DNA of 64,000 nt from Lingula anatina (taxonomy: Eukaryota; Animalia; Brachiopoda): positions 9,982,001 to 10,046,000 of the forward strand of contig CM120647.1 in the NCBI GenBank assembly GCA_051362555.1. Direction: 5' to 3'. Both the position numbers and the translations under genes were made by a program. Every line of letters begins with the position of its first letter. Position 1 is the stretch's first letter. The notes under the pieces are model-generated. The model made no database searches. It saw nothing but the letters and a program-made list of their open reading frames with translations, and was not told where the DNA came from. Of the stretch, positions 1-13,776 are shown one piece after another.

Positions 1-1013
1 ATATGAATATAAATATTAAGTAAAAAAAAATTAAACTTGTGCTATTTATTGAAAATGTTGATTCTTTGAAAGCTGCTTATCGAAAAATGGGAATTAATTA
101 ACAATTTACTCAATTACAACAGAATTCACTCCAAATCTCTCTTAAAATGTATTTGATACCAAATTCATCCTCAAATCCAGTTTACATATCCATAGACTAA
201 TTCAGGATAAATAATTATCTGTGCAGTATTTTCCCACAGCCTGCTGAAGATATATATATATATCAAATGGTAAAAACTTGAAAATTTAGTCGGTATTGAA
301 AATTTTTCATTTTGAAAATTTTATCAAACTTTAAAAAAAATGGGCCTCTCATTAATTTTCAAAAGTTGGTCACCCAATATGGCTGTGTCAAAGCCAAGCA
401 TTTTAAAATATTTATTAATTTTTAAGTGACAAAATGTTCAGGTTTTTACCATATCAGTTAAGATGAATTTGTTATTTGTAGGGGCAGACTTGGATTTTCA
501 TTTGGGAAATAATGATGAGTTTATCCTTTTCATCCTTTAAAACTTATTCAAGATGTAATGCAAAATTAACTATTTGAAATTGGATTTTCTTTGAGAACCT
601 TTCAATGTGAACAGCTGAGTCTCCCCCTAAATTGATTGTTACGTCATTAGAATATGCATTTGTACTGCATGCTAGCTGCTGTTGCTGCAACTTGCTTTCT
701 CAGCACATATTGATACATATTCCCATGAGGATTTGTTTTAAATTTTAAATACAGTTATGGACAATTTTTAAAGCAAGTTTTAAGTACATATGGGCCGCAG
801 TGTCTAGTGCATTGATGGTAATATAAAAATCGATACTAATATGTACCATAATGGCAGAATAATGTCTGTGAAAGCTATGTCTCTTATTATGAAGACATCT
901 CTGTAACATCGCTGGCTTAAAGCAGGAGGAAATTAAATAACAACCACAGACAGCAAATGTCTCTAAGCCAGATTAAATCCACGTTTTATTCATCCTTCCA
1001 TCTCTCTTTCTAG

Positions 1014-1117
1014 CCCTGCCAAAGTTCACCAGTCCTACCACAGCTAAACCAGTGAAGCCTATGAGAACTTTGATGGAGGAGCAACAACTCAAGAAACCTC
1101 TCCTCAACGGAGATGAT
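1014..1117 (+). CDS. KIF13/Khc-73-like kinesin-3, internal coding exon (upstream exons lie outside the window)
   Basis: Polypyrimidine tract + tag acceptor (1011-1013); open frame LPKFTSPTTAKPVKPMRTLMEEQQLKKPLLNGDD; gtatgt donor at 1118 in phase 0, matching the next exon. Confidence 0.7.
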
Positions 1118-1748
1118 GTATGTGCTAGATTATTCCGTAGATGTCTATAAGTAGTGGCTAATATATTAATATGATCAATTCTGCAAGCAGAGGATTGGGA
1201 AGGTGAAAAACCAGGCTTGGCTCTGAAAAAAATGCCATTTCGTCTGTAAAAGGCCCACTCTGTATATAAAGATTACTTCTATGTTCTATTTAATTTCCCA
1301 AATTGGTCAACCAGAAGGGATGAAAAGGGGGTCAAAGGTTCACTTCTTCAGGAAAAGAATCCCCTCCCCTTTTAAATTGCTGTCTACAGACCTATAATTC
1401 TAGAGGAAGAAAAGGGAATTTGTGGACAACCTGATGTGCAATTTCTTGTTATCTCAAAATATCTGCTTTGAAAATGAAATGATTTTATTAACCACCTAAC
1501 TTCTATGTACAATCTATTGACGTATGTATATTCTTTTTCCTTCAATGTCTATAGGGAGTCCTTTGAAAATTGATTAAGGCCTTTTATAAATCACCAATTT
1601 TTATATGGGCTCTCTTAACCTTATCAGCCACTCTCCCCAATTCTCAGTAACCTTATATGTTAAATAAGTAGAGTTTAAAAATGTAATCTGCAAGATTAAC
1701 ATATTCCTGTAGTATTTGATCTCCATGTTCTAATTGTTTCCTTGTTAG

Positions 1749-2736
1749 TCTGATGAAGAAGAACTAGCAACACGCCTGTCCCCTGATCGTCCAAAGCCAC
1801 CAAACCATCGTGGTGCCAGCGTGAGCAGTGATGAATTCCAAGATTTTGAGTCGTACAAAGCACCACATTCTGACAAAGATGGAGTAAAACCGAGCTCGGC
1901 TCAGAACAGTCCGCCAAAAGATGGCATTGGTATCAGTCACTCCAACACTGGTGACAGCATCTCTGAACTTCAAGTGAAAACGCTCACTCCAAGTATGACG
2001 TCGAGTGGTTACGGCTCACAAGCTGTGTCGACCCATACTCTCTCCTCTGCCTCGGAGGATTCCACCAGTCTACAGAGCATTGAGGATTCCGAGGCCGATA
2101 AACACAAGCATGATATCGTGGAAGAGAAACAAAAGAGCACCAGTGACGAGGATGATGAAGAGGTGCAAAGCATCAAAACTGTAACTGAGAACAAAGCAAA
2201 TGACACAAAAATAGCTGGTGAAGTGCCAGGACCAGTTGCTATGGAAACCACAGATTTGACCAATGAGGAAGCAGACAGTCCTGACGATGAGGCAACTCCA
2301 AGGGTAGCACAGGAAGCTTCCACTGAAAACAAGACTAAAGAATTATCATCCACTGAAACGGAGGAGGCAAAAATGGTGCATGCAAAGTCATTGGACAGTA
2401 TTGAAAAGCCGTCAGACTCGAAAACGAGTGAAATTGAGGCATTATCAATGCCCCCTGTGAATTCCCTGAAAGACCAAACCTTTATGTCTCCCCAACCGGA
2501 CAGTCGTCTGACGAGGTCTTTCCCAAACCTCCCGGACAGTAGCTTCGACACAACATCCGAGGATCCTCCTGATTACGACCCCTACAGCGAGGAAGCCATG
2601 GAACAGCTAGAGAGATTGGGCGACCTGGACTTTGCTATGCTGGCCACATCTAGTGGTGATGGCATGAGGAAGTCACACAGCGCTGATGCTGCAGCTGGAG
2701 ACCGGTCGAGTATGAGTATGGATGATGACAACTCAG
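1749..2736 (+). CDS. KIF13/Khc-73-like kinesin, large Ser/Asp/Glu-rich disordered tail exon
   Basis: ttag acceptor ending at 1748, in frame with ORF 1821-2786; contains TPSMTSSGYGSQAVS, resembling the Khc-73/KIF13B tail; donor g|gtggg at 2737 in phase 1. Confidence 0.85.
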
Positions 2737-2926
2737 GTGGGATTTTTTTTTCTGTAAAATATTGCAAATCTAGGAATTATTTTTGATGTTATGAGATACT
2801 TAATTCTCAATTTGTATATTATACTCATATTCCATTTTTTTAATCCCGATAACATGTCCATATGAAAGACAAAGCAGATAGCAAAGAAGAATATATTTAA
2901 TCTTTAATCTTTTTTTTTTTTTACAG

Positions 2927-3145
2927 ATGATACTGATGATGCCATGAGTCTTTGCTCATTTGGTGGAAGTCGTGCAGACCTGAGTCGAATTGGACACGGT
3001 CCAGTGCCATCTTGGATTCAGCCAGGCGAGCCTGTCATTGTGACCTCCTCACGGGGGCCATCTAAGCTGGGCACAGTGAGATTTGTGGGGCCAACAGAAT
3101 TTGCTCAAGGGCCATGGGTGGGTGTGGAATTGGATGCAGCAGAAG
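2927..3145 (+). CDS. KIF13/Khc-73-like kinesin, exon encoding the first half of the CAP-Gly domain
   Basis: T-run + acag acceptor ending at 2926; GTVRFVGPTEFAQGPWVGVELD is a CAP-Gly signature; donor g|gtacg at 3146 in phase 1. Confidence 0.9.
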
Positions 3146-3589
3146 GTACGTTGGAGTGCTGTTTGTATTTTTTAAAACTTGTTTGAAAAAGAAAAAGTTA
3201 ATTGTAATATATTGCTTATTTATTTATCTGTCACCAGGTAATTTGAAACTCACCAAGTTTTTAGACTATCATAAGTCCGGCTCATATATATTTATGTACA
3301 TTAATGCCATGTTGGTTCACGCAAACCGTTCTGTTACTTAGAGAGCAATGCTGAGAGAGAGAACAACACAACCACACAAATCTCAGTTAATCCTTTATTC
3401 ACTTCATTCACTTTTTATACAGTATTCCATAATTTGTGTTATAAAGCTTGTTTGCAGCACATAAACAAATACCTCTATGTCATCTATCCTGACAAGAGCA
3501 ATTTCCCATAGCATTTTCATTACCTTTCTGATTCTGCTGATTCTTAAACTTAAACACAGATGTGCTGGACACTTATATATTTTCTCTTA

Positions 3590-3850
3590 CAAAAACAATT
3601 ACCTAAATTGTCTTAACCTTTCCACGCAGCCCATCAACAGGAAAAGCACTCAGAAACAACAGCATGGGGACAATGAGATTTCTCCTGCTGGACTCAAATT
3701 ACCTTATTGCAACAAAAACAATTTCCTAAAATGTTGTAACCTTTCTGCTCTTCCAAAGGTTGCACGTCACATCATCATCATCACATAAGCAGTTAGATAG
3801 AACAGCACAGGGACAATAAGATTTATCCTTCATCACTCAAATTACTTTAA
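3590..3850. repeat. Two diverged direct copies (~125-140 bp) in the last kinesin intron
   Basis: aaaaacaatt.cctaaa.tgt..taacctttc and acagca..gggacaat.agattt.tcct.....actcaaattac each occur twice. Confidence 0.7.
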
Positions 3851-3935
3851 TTACATTACAGTTTTAGTAATAAAGTAAAATTTGTCTGTTAATAATTTAA
3901 AAAAAAATGTTATGAAACAATTCACCTCTTTTCAG

Positions 3936-4162
3936 GTAAAAATGATGGCGCCGTGAAAGGAGTCCGCTACTTCCGCTGCATGAAGAAACACGGCATATTT
4001 GTCCGCCACGAGAAACTGATCTGGGACAAAAAAAGGAAAGGCGGGCCAATGAAAGGTGCCGGACACCCTCATAGAAGGAGTTTTCCAAATTTCCCAGTTA
4101 CTTCTCCCCCTGGTGGCAGTTTTATGAAACCTACGGCTGCCAGCTCTGCCAAGAAAAAATGA
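3936..4162 (+). CDS. KIF13B: KIF13B/Khc-73-like kinesin terminal exon (second half of CAP-Gly, basic tail)
   Basis: ttcag acceptor; splicing restores the canonical GKNDG motif (EGKNDGAVKGVRYFRC..HGIFVR); TGA at 4160-4162. A C-terminal CAP-Gly after a long acidic tail is the KIF13B/Khc-73 architecture, but the motor domain is not in the window, so the symbol is tentative. Confidence 0.75.
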
Positions 4163-4811
4163 AGGAAAAAAATAAAAGATGACTTACCATGATTTTGCTC
4201 TTTTCTACTTATAACCTTTGCTTATTTACATATCTCCTGGAGTTCACAGCTGATGTCTTATTAACAATTTACAGCAGTGAATGCTTATGGAACAAAACCA
4301 TAGATGGCAGGACTGATCAAGACAATATTTTGGTTGTATCAATAGCTTAGAAGAATTTCCTTGAAAACAGATTTCAAATGTGCAGTATGACTTTATGTGG
4401 TGGGTAAGGTGCCAGGTTGGAAGATCCACCTACCCACCCTCCTTGGATCTACTAATGAACAGAAACATTAAAAGGTCACATATTAAAGGAGTCGAAGGAA
4501 GGCCCAGCATCTGCTACTAAAATTCAGAATTTTCTAGTAGGTGGTCTCCTTCAAATGTTACTCACTCTCCAGCAGAAAAGACTCTTAAAGAAAAGCAAAG
4601 GATGCTATTCACAGCTTTATCAGCCAAGTTTTTTTTCTCCTAGCAGTGTATCAGTGCTACCAAGTCTTGAAAACCATGTTAATCTGGCTCATTTCAATAT
4701 TTATAGATTCTGTTACAAGTCCAGATTCATGATTTAAGTGTACTGGAAACCTTCACTGTCTTTTTGGTCTGCTCTTAGGTCCACAGGCAATTTTTACAAT
4801 TAGAGCTTCCT

Positions 4812-5005
4812 CTTGTGTTAGTTGTGATTGTTGCTATTCATTTGTTGTGAGGTTAGTGTATCTCATTGTGTTAGTTGTGACAGTAGAGTATCCCATTGTG
4901 TTAGTGGTGACATAAGAACTCATTGTGTTAGTTGTGACAGTAGGCCATCTCATAGTGTAAATGGTGACAGTAAAACATCCCATTGTGTTAGTTATGACAG
5001 TTAAA
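4812..5005. repeat. ~30-bp degenerate minisatellite (cattgtgttagttgtgacagta...)
   Basis: Unit recurs at about 4864, 4894, 4921, 4951 and 4981. Confidence 0.85.
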
Positions 5006-5471
5006 CACTTTAATAGGCAAAGTATAAACATCATTGTTTATTGCAATAATACAAGTGCTTGGTATTTTGATGCCTCAATGTATATACCTTACTTGTCAGG
5101 TGATTGTTTCTGTTTTTAAATGATATCAAAAAACTTGATGATACTTTTCCTTTCCTCGGCACGAAGAGCCGTCTTTATCAGCATGATAGCATGAGCAATG
5201 GCAATTGAATAATTGGGTCAAAGAAACCGGGTCATATTAACTACATCATATGGAAGGAACCGTTTCGATAAGCATAAATGATGACTTTCTGTTTTGACAG
5301 GATATAAGGTATAACAGATGGTGTCATAGAGATTAAAAAGATACACTGATTTCTGAGTACTGTAAGAAAGGTTTAAGGTGTGAAATGTGGGTTTTTGATT
5401 TCAGTTGTCAAAAATGTAACCATCTTACAATGCACATGTGCCTAACAGGTGTGCAACATGCTAGATACGGA

Positions 5472-5685
5472 AACTCTTTCATCTTGGGATAAAGGAAAAA
5501 TTGTGACTCTTTCATCTTGGGATAAAAGAAAAAAAATTAGACTTTCATCTTAGGATAAAGGAGAAATTGTGACTCTTTTATCTTGGGACAAAGGAACAAT
5601 TTTAACTCTTTGATCTTGGGATAAAGGAAAATTGAGAATTTCATCTTGGGATAAAGGAAAAATTGAAACTCTGGGATAAAGGGAA
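5472..5685. repeat. ~33-bp minisatellite (actctttcatcttgggataaaggaaaaattg), about 6-7 copies
   Basis: Direct reading of the tandem units. Confidence 0.9.
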
Positions 5686-8600
5686 ATATATAATTTGGTA
5701 CTTACACAGTTGACTGCAAGAAACTTTTTCTTATGTACCTAACAAATCTATGTTTAGACAAATGTCATTAATTGTGTTCTTATAAAATGAGTATGTAATT
5801 ACCGTAGCAAGGTGGCACTTTTTACATGTTATCCCATAAAGCACATGACATGATGGATGAAGATGAAATATTTTATGTGAATTATATGTTATTGATAATA
5901 TTCTTATTCTGTAACTGGAATTGTGGAAACTTTTTCTTTTTGTCAGTCCAGTAAAAGAATGAGATATTAATAATTACATAACTACATTTTTTCAGCTCGA
6001 TATATTATTACCTTGAGAAAATTGTGATTGTTTATTTTTTATTGATCATTTTAATAATTTAATTATTTATTTAATTAATTGTTTTTATTTAATTATTATT
6101 TTATTGCTTAAATATTCAAACTGTGATCTAACAATTGAAATGTGCAAACGAACATGAAGTATGATTTCAGGCACAATGACACAATTCTTATCCAAAATTG
6201 AGGTTCCTCTTTAGTACCCCAACCCAGTGGCATTATATTAATTTCATTCCATTATTATTACATTATTATACAGTTTTCGTTGAAGTCTTCTTGAGTATTA
6301 TCTTGCATTTGATGATTTGTCCACTTTCTGTCTTCTTTATGGTTTCCTCATTAAGCAGTCACAGAGTGTTTTCATGAATTTGTTGGCCCTGACCTGACCA
6401 GTGGCGCCACCTATCTATTAATTCTACAAACCACTGGCACTGCTTGTTGTCTGCTGCATATTTATATATTTATTTTTTTTTTTTTTCAAAATGTGTTTTT
6501 GTGGTTGTGATATTTCTGGAAAAAAAATATGCCCAAGATGAAGCTTTGATTCAGACGTGCATTGTCTGAATTTTGTTGATCCCTTGAGCATTAAAGTTGA
6601 AGCTGTAAATAATAGAAAAAAATAAAAGAGTCTGCATTGAACCCAATAAAGTTGTATTGACAACACCAGGAAGTAATGACCACAAGTACAGTATGGATAT
6701 GTTATGATAGAGAGCAGTTTTTTTTAAAGGTGACATTAAATGTTGTTGATAGAAATGTTTAACATTGTGATATGATAGAAATGCTTGTGACGTTGTTTAA
6801 GCTGCTGCTTTGCAGGGATATAGTGTACCTATTATTTGCAGTACTACATTGTATATAAAAAATGGACAACATATCCGAACATAAAGAGATACAAGACACT
6901 GAAACTGTATAAGGTCGTACATTCTGAAACTTGTTAAGAAAAGTTCAATTTTTTGTCACAAAAAAAAGTAAAATCTGTGCTGCAAGTCTTGGAAATTTTG
7001 AAAAGCAGTTTATTTCTGCCAACTGCCTTTAGTTTCCATTGATGTATAGTTTATACTTTGTTGATATGTATCATAGGATCTGAGGAATACGGTTTGATTC
7101 TCGTTTAGTGTTGATGATGTGTAAGACTGTTGAAAATAAAATAAGTCTCTGGTCTGGTTCCCATCAGGACAAACTGAGACCAGAAATAAACAAATTGATG
7201 CATTCACATCAGGACTAAAATAGATCAGTTGGCACCAACAGACATTGCTACACAAAAGAGCCCAAAATTTGATGTGTACTTTTTACCCTATTGATAATTA
7301 GTAAAAAGTCAATAAAAGGAAATGTTTTATGTCAGGATGAAGATTTGGCCAATGTTACAGTGACATGCTTATGTACTAAATTTGAGTGGACTCTTACGCG
7401 TTTATATTGAAGAGAAGTAGACTATATTTTTGTTCTGAAAGTCAAGTCCAATTGTGGGGCTTCAGCACCTTTGTGAAACCAGTAAGAATCCTATAACACT
7501 TGTCAGTATAGAAATAATCACAGTTGGTTTTACATATGTTCTAGTATTTAACACAGATATTTGGCTATATAATAGGTGCCAGCTGACAAAGTCTGAAAAT
7601 TTTAAAAGCAGTTCATGACAGATTGCCCAAAATGGGAAATCAAGATTTATGGACTTGATAGTTTTATATGTGGTGATGTCATTTAGTCAAGATCTGGTCT
7701 AAGTTAGTCATGGTGTGAATGCAGCCATGGTCAACAGGTGAATGTTTATAAAGGGTGGAGGATGGGGTTTACAAAGAGCTGCAAGCTTTGTTCATGTTTC
7801 TTGTTATATGTGATTTTTTTACTACGTGTATATTGTGGTAGTGCAATTACTACATATGTTGTTATTATTATTATTGATTATTATCAGGACATTTATTTGT
7901 ACCCAAAGCATGGAATGTATACGTGTTTCGGCAATATTTACCAATTCTTTTTTTAGATATATTCAGGTAGCACAAGTTGAAGCTGTGACTTACACGTTGC
8001 ACTGCCTTTTGCCGTTGTGCATCTTTCAGCAAACACGACGCTTGCCTAAAATGTGCCGTTTTCAGTAGTTTAGTGGCAGTTTTGCGTTTACATGACAGAT
8101 TTTATGTACAGTGTATGACCATCGTGTTTAGCCCAATTTTGACCTAAATAATATTTATGACCTAATTAATATTTATATACAATAACTGATAAACATAGGT
8201 CACATACGTGCAGTGGTCTTATTGAATATGGACAAAATGTGGATGTATTGCCGATTTAAGAATTAGTGGCAATTTATTTGATTATTTATTCAACGCTTTT
8301 CATTCCATCTTAGCATTGCAGCTTTTCTTAGAAAAGTGTCCAGTGTAATTAAAACTGCGCGAGCAACAGTTGAGAATTTTTTTGAAAATATATTCTTTAA
8401 TGTAAAAAACGGTGTTCATTGTGATTCATTAACATTTGCAGTGTTGCTGTCTTATATCTAATTTTCAAACTTCAATCTTGTGCCTTGAAAGCTCGGCTTC
8501 AAGTGCACCATACTAAATTAGTAGAATTAAGGAGTGAATTATATATTGCATCACAACAATTACGAGTATAGGCCCATCTCATCAACAACAATCCAAACAT

Positions 8601-8879
8601 GAGCAAAATGTGCGTTTCAAAAGGGAAACGTCATGGGTAAACAAACAGCTCAAGACTTCCATGAAAATTTTTTCAGCCTCTAAATTAACTGGAACACATC
8701 TACAATAAGGTGCAATTTTCCACGATTGATAAATATAGGCCTATGTATTGTGCTGTAACACCTAGCCCATCATTAGCATTAGCATAAAGTCTGTCTCGTC
8801 AATAATATTGCCCTTCTCTTCACTTCAAAATCCTTTAAATGGTGCTGACATGGGGATGGACATTGATCTCTATCTTATA

Positions 8880-9056
8880 CAGGCCCATAGCCGGGGGGGG
8901 GGGGGGTCGGGGGTAGAAAGAACCGCCCCTTTTGTCAGGAAAAGGTCCATTTTGGGTAAAATTTTATCTAGGTACACATAAGTTTCATTGTAAAAGGTCC
9001 ACTTTTTTCAGAAAAAGAACCGCCGTTTTTTTTTTAATTTGCTGGCCGCGGGCCTG
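8880..9056. mobile_element. MITE family A (caggccc...gggcctg TIRs, poly-G, aaaaggtccactttt core)
   Basis: TIRs caggccc/gggcctg; related copies at ~32530-32935, 42484-42689, 47360-47532 (reverse), ~57825-58005, and a degenerate copy at ~1185-1393. Confidence 0.8.
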
Positions 9057-9120
9057 ATATACCAGCTACGCCACAGATCAAACTTGAATTGAGCTACACT
9101 GAGCTAACCCCTTATGGCAC

Positions 9121-9224
9121 CATCCCAGCAGGCAAACGACATTGATTCTACGTTGATTCAACGTTGATCCACCAAAATTAACGTTGATTCAACAGTGAAT
9201 CAATGTCGTTTGTCTGCTGGGATG
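9121..9224. mobile_element. Small palindromic MITE
   Basis: catcccagcaggcaaacgacattgattc ... gaatcaatgtcgtttgtctgctgggatg inverted termini, with internal acgttgattcaac repeats. Confidence 0.8.
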
Positions 9225-10574
9225 AATGTTATATTGCACTTTCATCATAATGTTCTATCTTCTCAGTGGAATTATCATAGAAAAAAGTTTTTTAAATTAA
9301 TTTTTATTACAAAAGTCACGTCGCCTCTATTGCTTTTCCCGGTCAAACATTTTGTTTTTTATGCCCCCCCTCCCCCCTTCCCATCTGGAGTCCCTCTTAA
9401 GACTGTTTATATGTTCATACAGTACCCAGGGCAACTCCACATATGAGTGGAATTTTGAGTAAGTAATGTATCAAGGAAGTATATAATTGTATGATGGAAG
9501 ACGCATGTGCAATATTTGTGGAATAAAGTGGTGTATTTTAAAAACAAGTGGACTTCAGTGAAATCTACATGTACATGGTTTTGACCGTGAACATTCGTGA
9601 ACAATTCCAGCCACAGTCCCTGACCTAAAGTGAGCAATACCTGTCCGATATTTGCATAACAATAAGTAGCCCATCGCAGTGCGAGCTGTATTACCGAATG
9701 CTCACTAGGCAGTAGGACACAGCAGGGTGAAGACGCAACAGCATGTGTGGTGCAGTCGCAAGGTTGGGCTTTTGTGAAGCGTAGACCTAGAAGCATGTTT
9801 CATAAGTATCACATTTTCTTCAGTAACCTCTGTCAGTAGATAAAAAAAGAGTCAAAGAATGCAACACAATTTACCGCAAGTATTTCTGTCACGATTCTTT
9901 GTTATATTTTGCCTGAATATTTGCTAGCATATTAGTAGATTGGAATCTTACCACAAAGATCACAGATTAGTTTAGATAATAATACCGTGCTTGTCAAAGT
10001 TTTGAGCTTTTCATTCAAAGTCTAGTGTGCTCCATCAACGTGTACATTTATTTTATGGTCAATGTTTATCAAAAATTCAAACTTTTCCCTCTACGACAAT
10101 CACGATAATTTGAAAATCTTTTGATTTGAATTATCTTAGGGTTTCTTTGTCCCTTTGAGGTCTCATTTATCATTTTTAAATCAGTTGTTGTAGGTTTGTT
10201 TATTTTATTATACATGTACCTGTAAAACTCTTTGTAAGCAGTGTTGAAATATGGGAAAATTGTTTATAATAAATCGAAATATGGCCCCCGAACGCGGAGC
10301 ATTCTGACCCTGAACATCAGACAAGTCAGTAAACATTCATATAATTTTAAGTAGCCTCTTCCCTTTGATGTTTAATACATTATTTGTATTTTCCAAGCCT
10401 GTCGGTTTAGTCAGATATTGTTAACATTATTTTCTCATTCCAGACGTCCACTGAGATACTGAGAGCTGCACGACACTCGCCTGCTAGCAACTAAGCCTTT
10501 CAGTCACGTCCTGAAACTCAACGAATATTTATGCAGCTATTGTATGAAAGCAGAACGAAAATGTTTGTAATTCC

Positions 10575-12905
10575 TTGTTTTTTATGTACAGACACATGTG
10601 TCTGTACATATAGCCGCCATCTGCGTCTGTCGTCGCCGTGCTCTTGCACCACCGATAACACGATAAGTGGAAAACCGTTGGACCATTTGGCTTTTAACTT
10701 ACAGAACTGATGGATATTCATACTATGCAGGTCGAGTTCGAAAATCAGCATGATAGGGCCATTTTTTAAAAAGCTATGCTGTTTTTTTGGCTTTTTTTCA
10801 GCATATATGCAACACTGATAACACATTTCAAGGAAAACCAATAAGCCTTTTGTCTTAAAACCTATAGGAGTGGTCAATCCTACTAAAACACAGATTCTTC
10901 TCGAAAATCATCTTGATCGGACCATTTTTACAAAAGTTGTACTGTTCTTTTGCTTTTTTCAGCATATATGCAAAACTGTCCGTAATTTGCATAACAATAC
11001 ACATTTCAAGGAAAACAAATCAGCCTATAGTCTTGCAACTCGCAGGAGTGATCAGTCTGACTAATATACAGGTCAAGTTTGAAAATAAGCTTTGATCAGT
11101 TAAGTTTTGATGATTAAGGTACATAACAGTGTTCTTTTGACACTTTCTGCATCTTGAAAATTTTGTTAGTTGATTATATAAAAATGACGGTAAGCCTGTT
11201 ATTGTGCATTTTGTAATAAAGTGTCAAAAATGGAAAAAAATCATATCATTTCAGTTTCTCCGATTCAAACATTTACTATGTTCAGAATTTCAGAATAGTG
11301 CATATTGGACATTTAAAATTGTACTATAAATATATTTCCTATCTCAACAATTTTTTAGTTGATCATATAAAAATGACAGTAAATTGATTTCTGTTTTATG
11401 TAAAAAAAGGTATTGAAAATAGAAAGAAAAACAGTACAGTTATCTCTTGTTTACATTTTTGCATTTTTAAGGTGTGACCCTGAACTTCCATGTCTTTGAA
11501 GGCTTTTGATAGTCACTTTTTCTGAATATCCATGATATTTTCATTAAGCCTTAGGTAATATTGCATCAAAATTGTAGAAAACCCATAGTGACCATTAAAG
11601 GAAAACCATGTCACTTACTATTGTCACACTGTCACAGGATTGTCACAGGAATAAAATATAGCACTAAAATACAGCTTCAGTTGGAAAACCTGAATTATTA
11701 GTTAATTTTTTTTGAAAATGATAGTTTCTTTGTGAAAATTTGATTTTTTACATATCAGCATTTTTAAGGTTTGCCTTGAAACTTCCATTGGTTTGAAGAC
11801 CTTTCCAAGTCACATTTTCTGAATATCCATGATACCTTTATATTGATATTACAATTGATGGTCATTATGCTATTTAACATCATGTAATATTGCATAAAAG
11901 TTGAAGAAAACCCTATTTTGGGCACTGCTTCCATAGTGACCATTAAAAATGTTACTTACTCTTATCAAACTTACAGATGAGTAGCATGGGACTAAAATAC
12001 ACCTTCAATTGGAAAACCTGTCTTTCTAGATTTTTTTGTTACAATTATAATTTTCACATTTTCAAGGTGTGAAATCAGTTTGATTGTTTTCTGTTTTGGA
12101 AGCATACAATTCTTTAGGAAATGTTCATTTTCATGAAGTGCTATATGGTGCTACTGTATATGGTCAGTATGTAATTGTACCTTGGGTAATTACTAGCTAA
12201 ATTCAGAGCTATTAACTCACTTGCCTTATTAACTTTCAAGTGGCCATTAAATGAGATTACATAAAACACACATGTTGAAATTTCCCTGTAAATTCCCATA
12301 GGTTTAGCTCTCTTAACGGTGTCACATAATTAGGAATTGGTGATAATTTTGCAGGTAACTGTTGTTTAAAATTGCGAATAGGTTTACAAAAAAATCATGT
12401 AACACCAACAATAATGCTATAGATGAATAACAGTGCTGTAATATTTTCAAACTCAATGGGGTTATTCATATCATGTTAATACAGCTATATTAAAAGTGGA
12501 TAGCAGCTTTATTGGGATTTTTTAAAAAATTAAATTATTTCTCAAATGGTGGCATCTTGAAGATGTGTATTTTAACTCCCATCCACCGGAAGCTCTCTGC
12601 ATTTTCTGTATTTCCATATGAGCAATTGTATTGGATTTTGTATCTTTAAACATTATGTGATATTCTTCTATGCACTGTAATCATTTTTTGCATATTGGGA
12701 TTTTCATTATGTGAATTTGAACTTTCGTGGTCCTGAAACTGATCGTATTGACCTTGTTACCTGTTGTGAATTATTAAATTTTAGTGTTGATTGACTGTGC
12801 TGTTATAAGCATTTTTTATCATTTTATCGAAATTGACAAAATGACCTATTTTCTGCATTTTTATTTTCTGCTTTGTGTCTGTACATTTGACAGCTTCGCT
12901 GCCCT
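10575..12905 (-). repeat. Left arm of a large inverted duplication (segment Z in reverse orientation)
   Basis: Its reverse complement matches 15905-18545 and 18955-21295, e.g. ggcagc.aagctgtcaaatgtac.gaca; ttcaggaccacga.agttcaaatt; tgtacagacacat.tgtgtc.gtacat. Confidence 0.9.
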
Positions 12906-13776
12906 TTTTTACTTTGATTTGAAATAATGATGTTAAAGATAATAAAGGGAGAGAGATAAAACTATAAGGATATGGTTACTGTCTGAGTACTTTCAAATTT
13001 AAACTGCTAAAACTGATCTGTAAATATTGTTCGGGGTTGATGATTTGTGTAGATATAAAAGATATCTTAAAAGGTTTAAATGTTTTTAAATGTGCTCAGT
13101 AGTATGTAAATTATATAGTTCGAACGATTAAAGATTACATCTACAAGATTTTCCAGCAGCCTGCATTTATAAATAAAATATGTTTGGATTTACGATCTTG
13201 CTTTCTGAAAATATATTCCACGTTTTATTCTATAGTTAGACTGTTGTTTATATCTCTTGAAATAAATTACTTCATCCTCCTGGATATCATTTTCTTGATT
13301 TGATATGGATCCAATTTGTAGGTTTCTGGTTTTTTGCTATAATAATTGTTTTAAAAAATACGACATTTTTATCATATTAATAATCTAATTCTAAATTAAA
13401 ACATAAAAATGAGAAAGTTGAAATATCCTGACACATTTTTGAAATGTCAACCATTAAAATTGGCCCTGCCCCCATCCCACAAAATTAGGTCTGCATATTC
13501 CGATATAATCTCAAATATCCTTTAATTTAGCTTTGAGACCTACATTTATTTCCACAAAGTCCCAAATGTCCAGATGAAAAGGTAACATTTTCAATAAATT
13601 GTGAAAAGTAAATTTAGAGAGCAATAATTTCGGCATTATACAAAGTTAATATCCCCCTCAAAAGTTTGCTAACACAATATTTTTAAAAATAATGTACTTT
13701 TGAGTGGATAACTACACCAGCATTATAACGTGATTTTGCAATAACCTGCATGTGCTCCTAAAATCAATGGTCAGGC

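Noticed and set aside
2009-2767. Minus-strand ORFs overlapping the kinesin exon
   Set aside because: Antisense shadows of a real coding exon, with no domain features.
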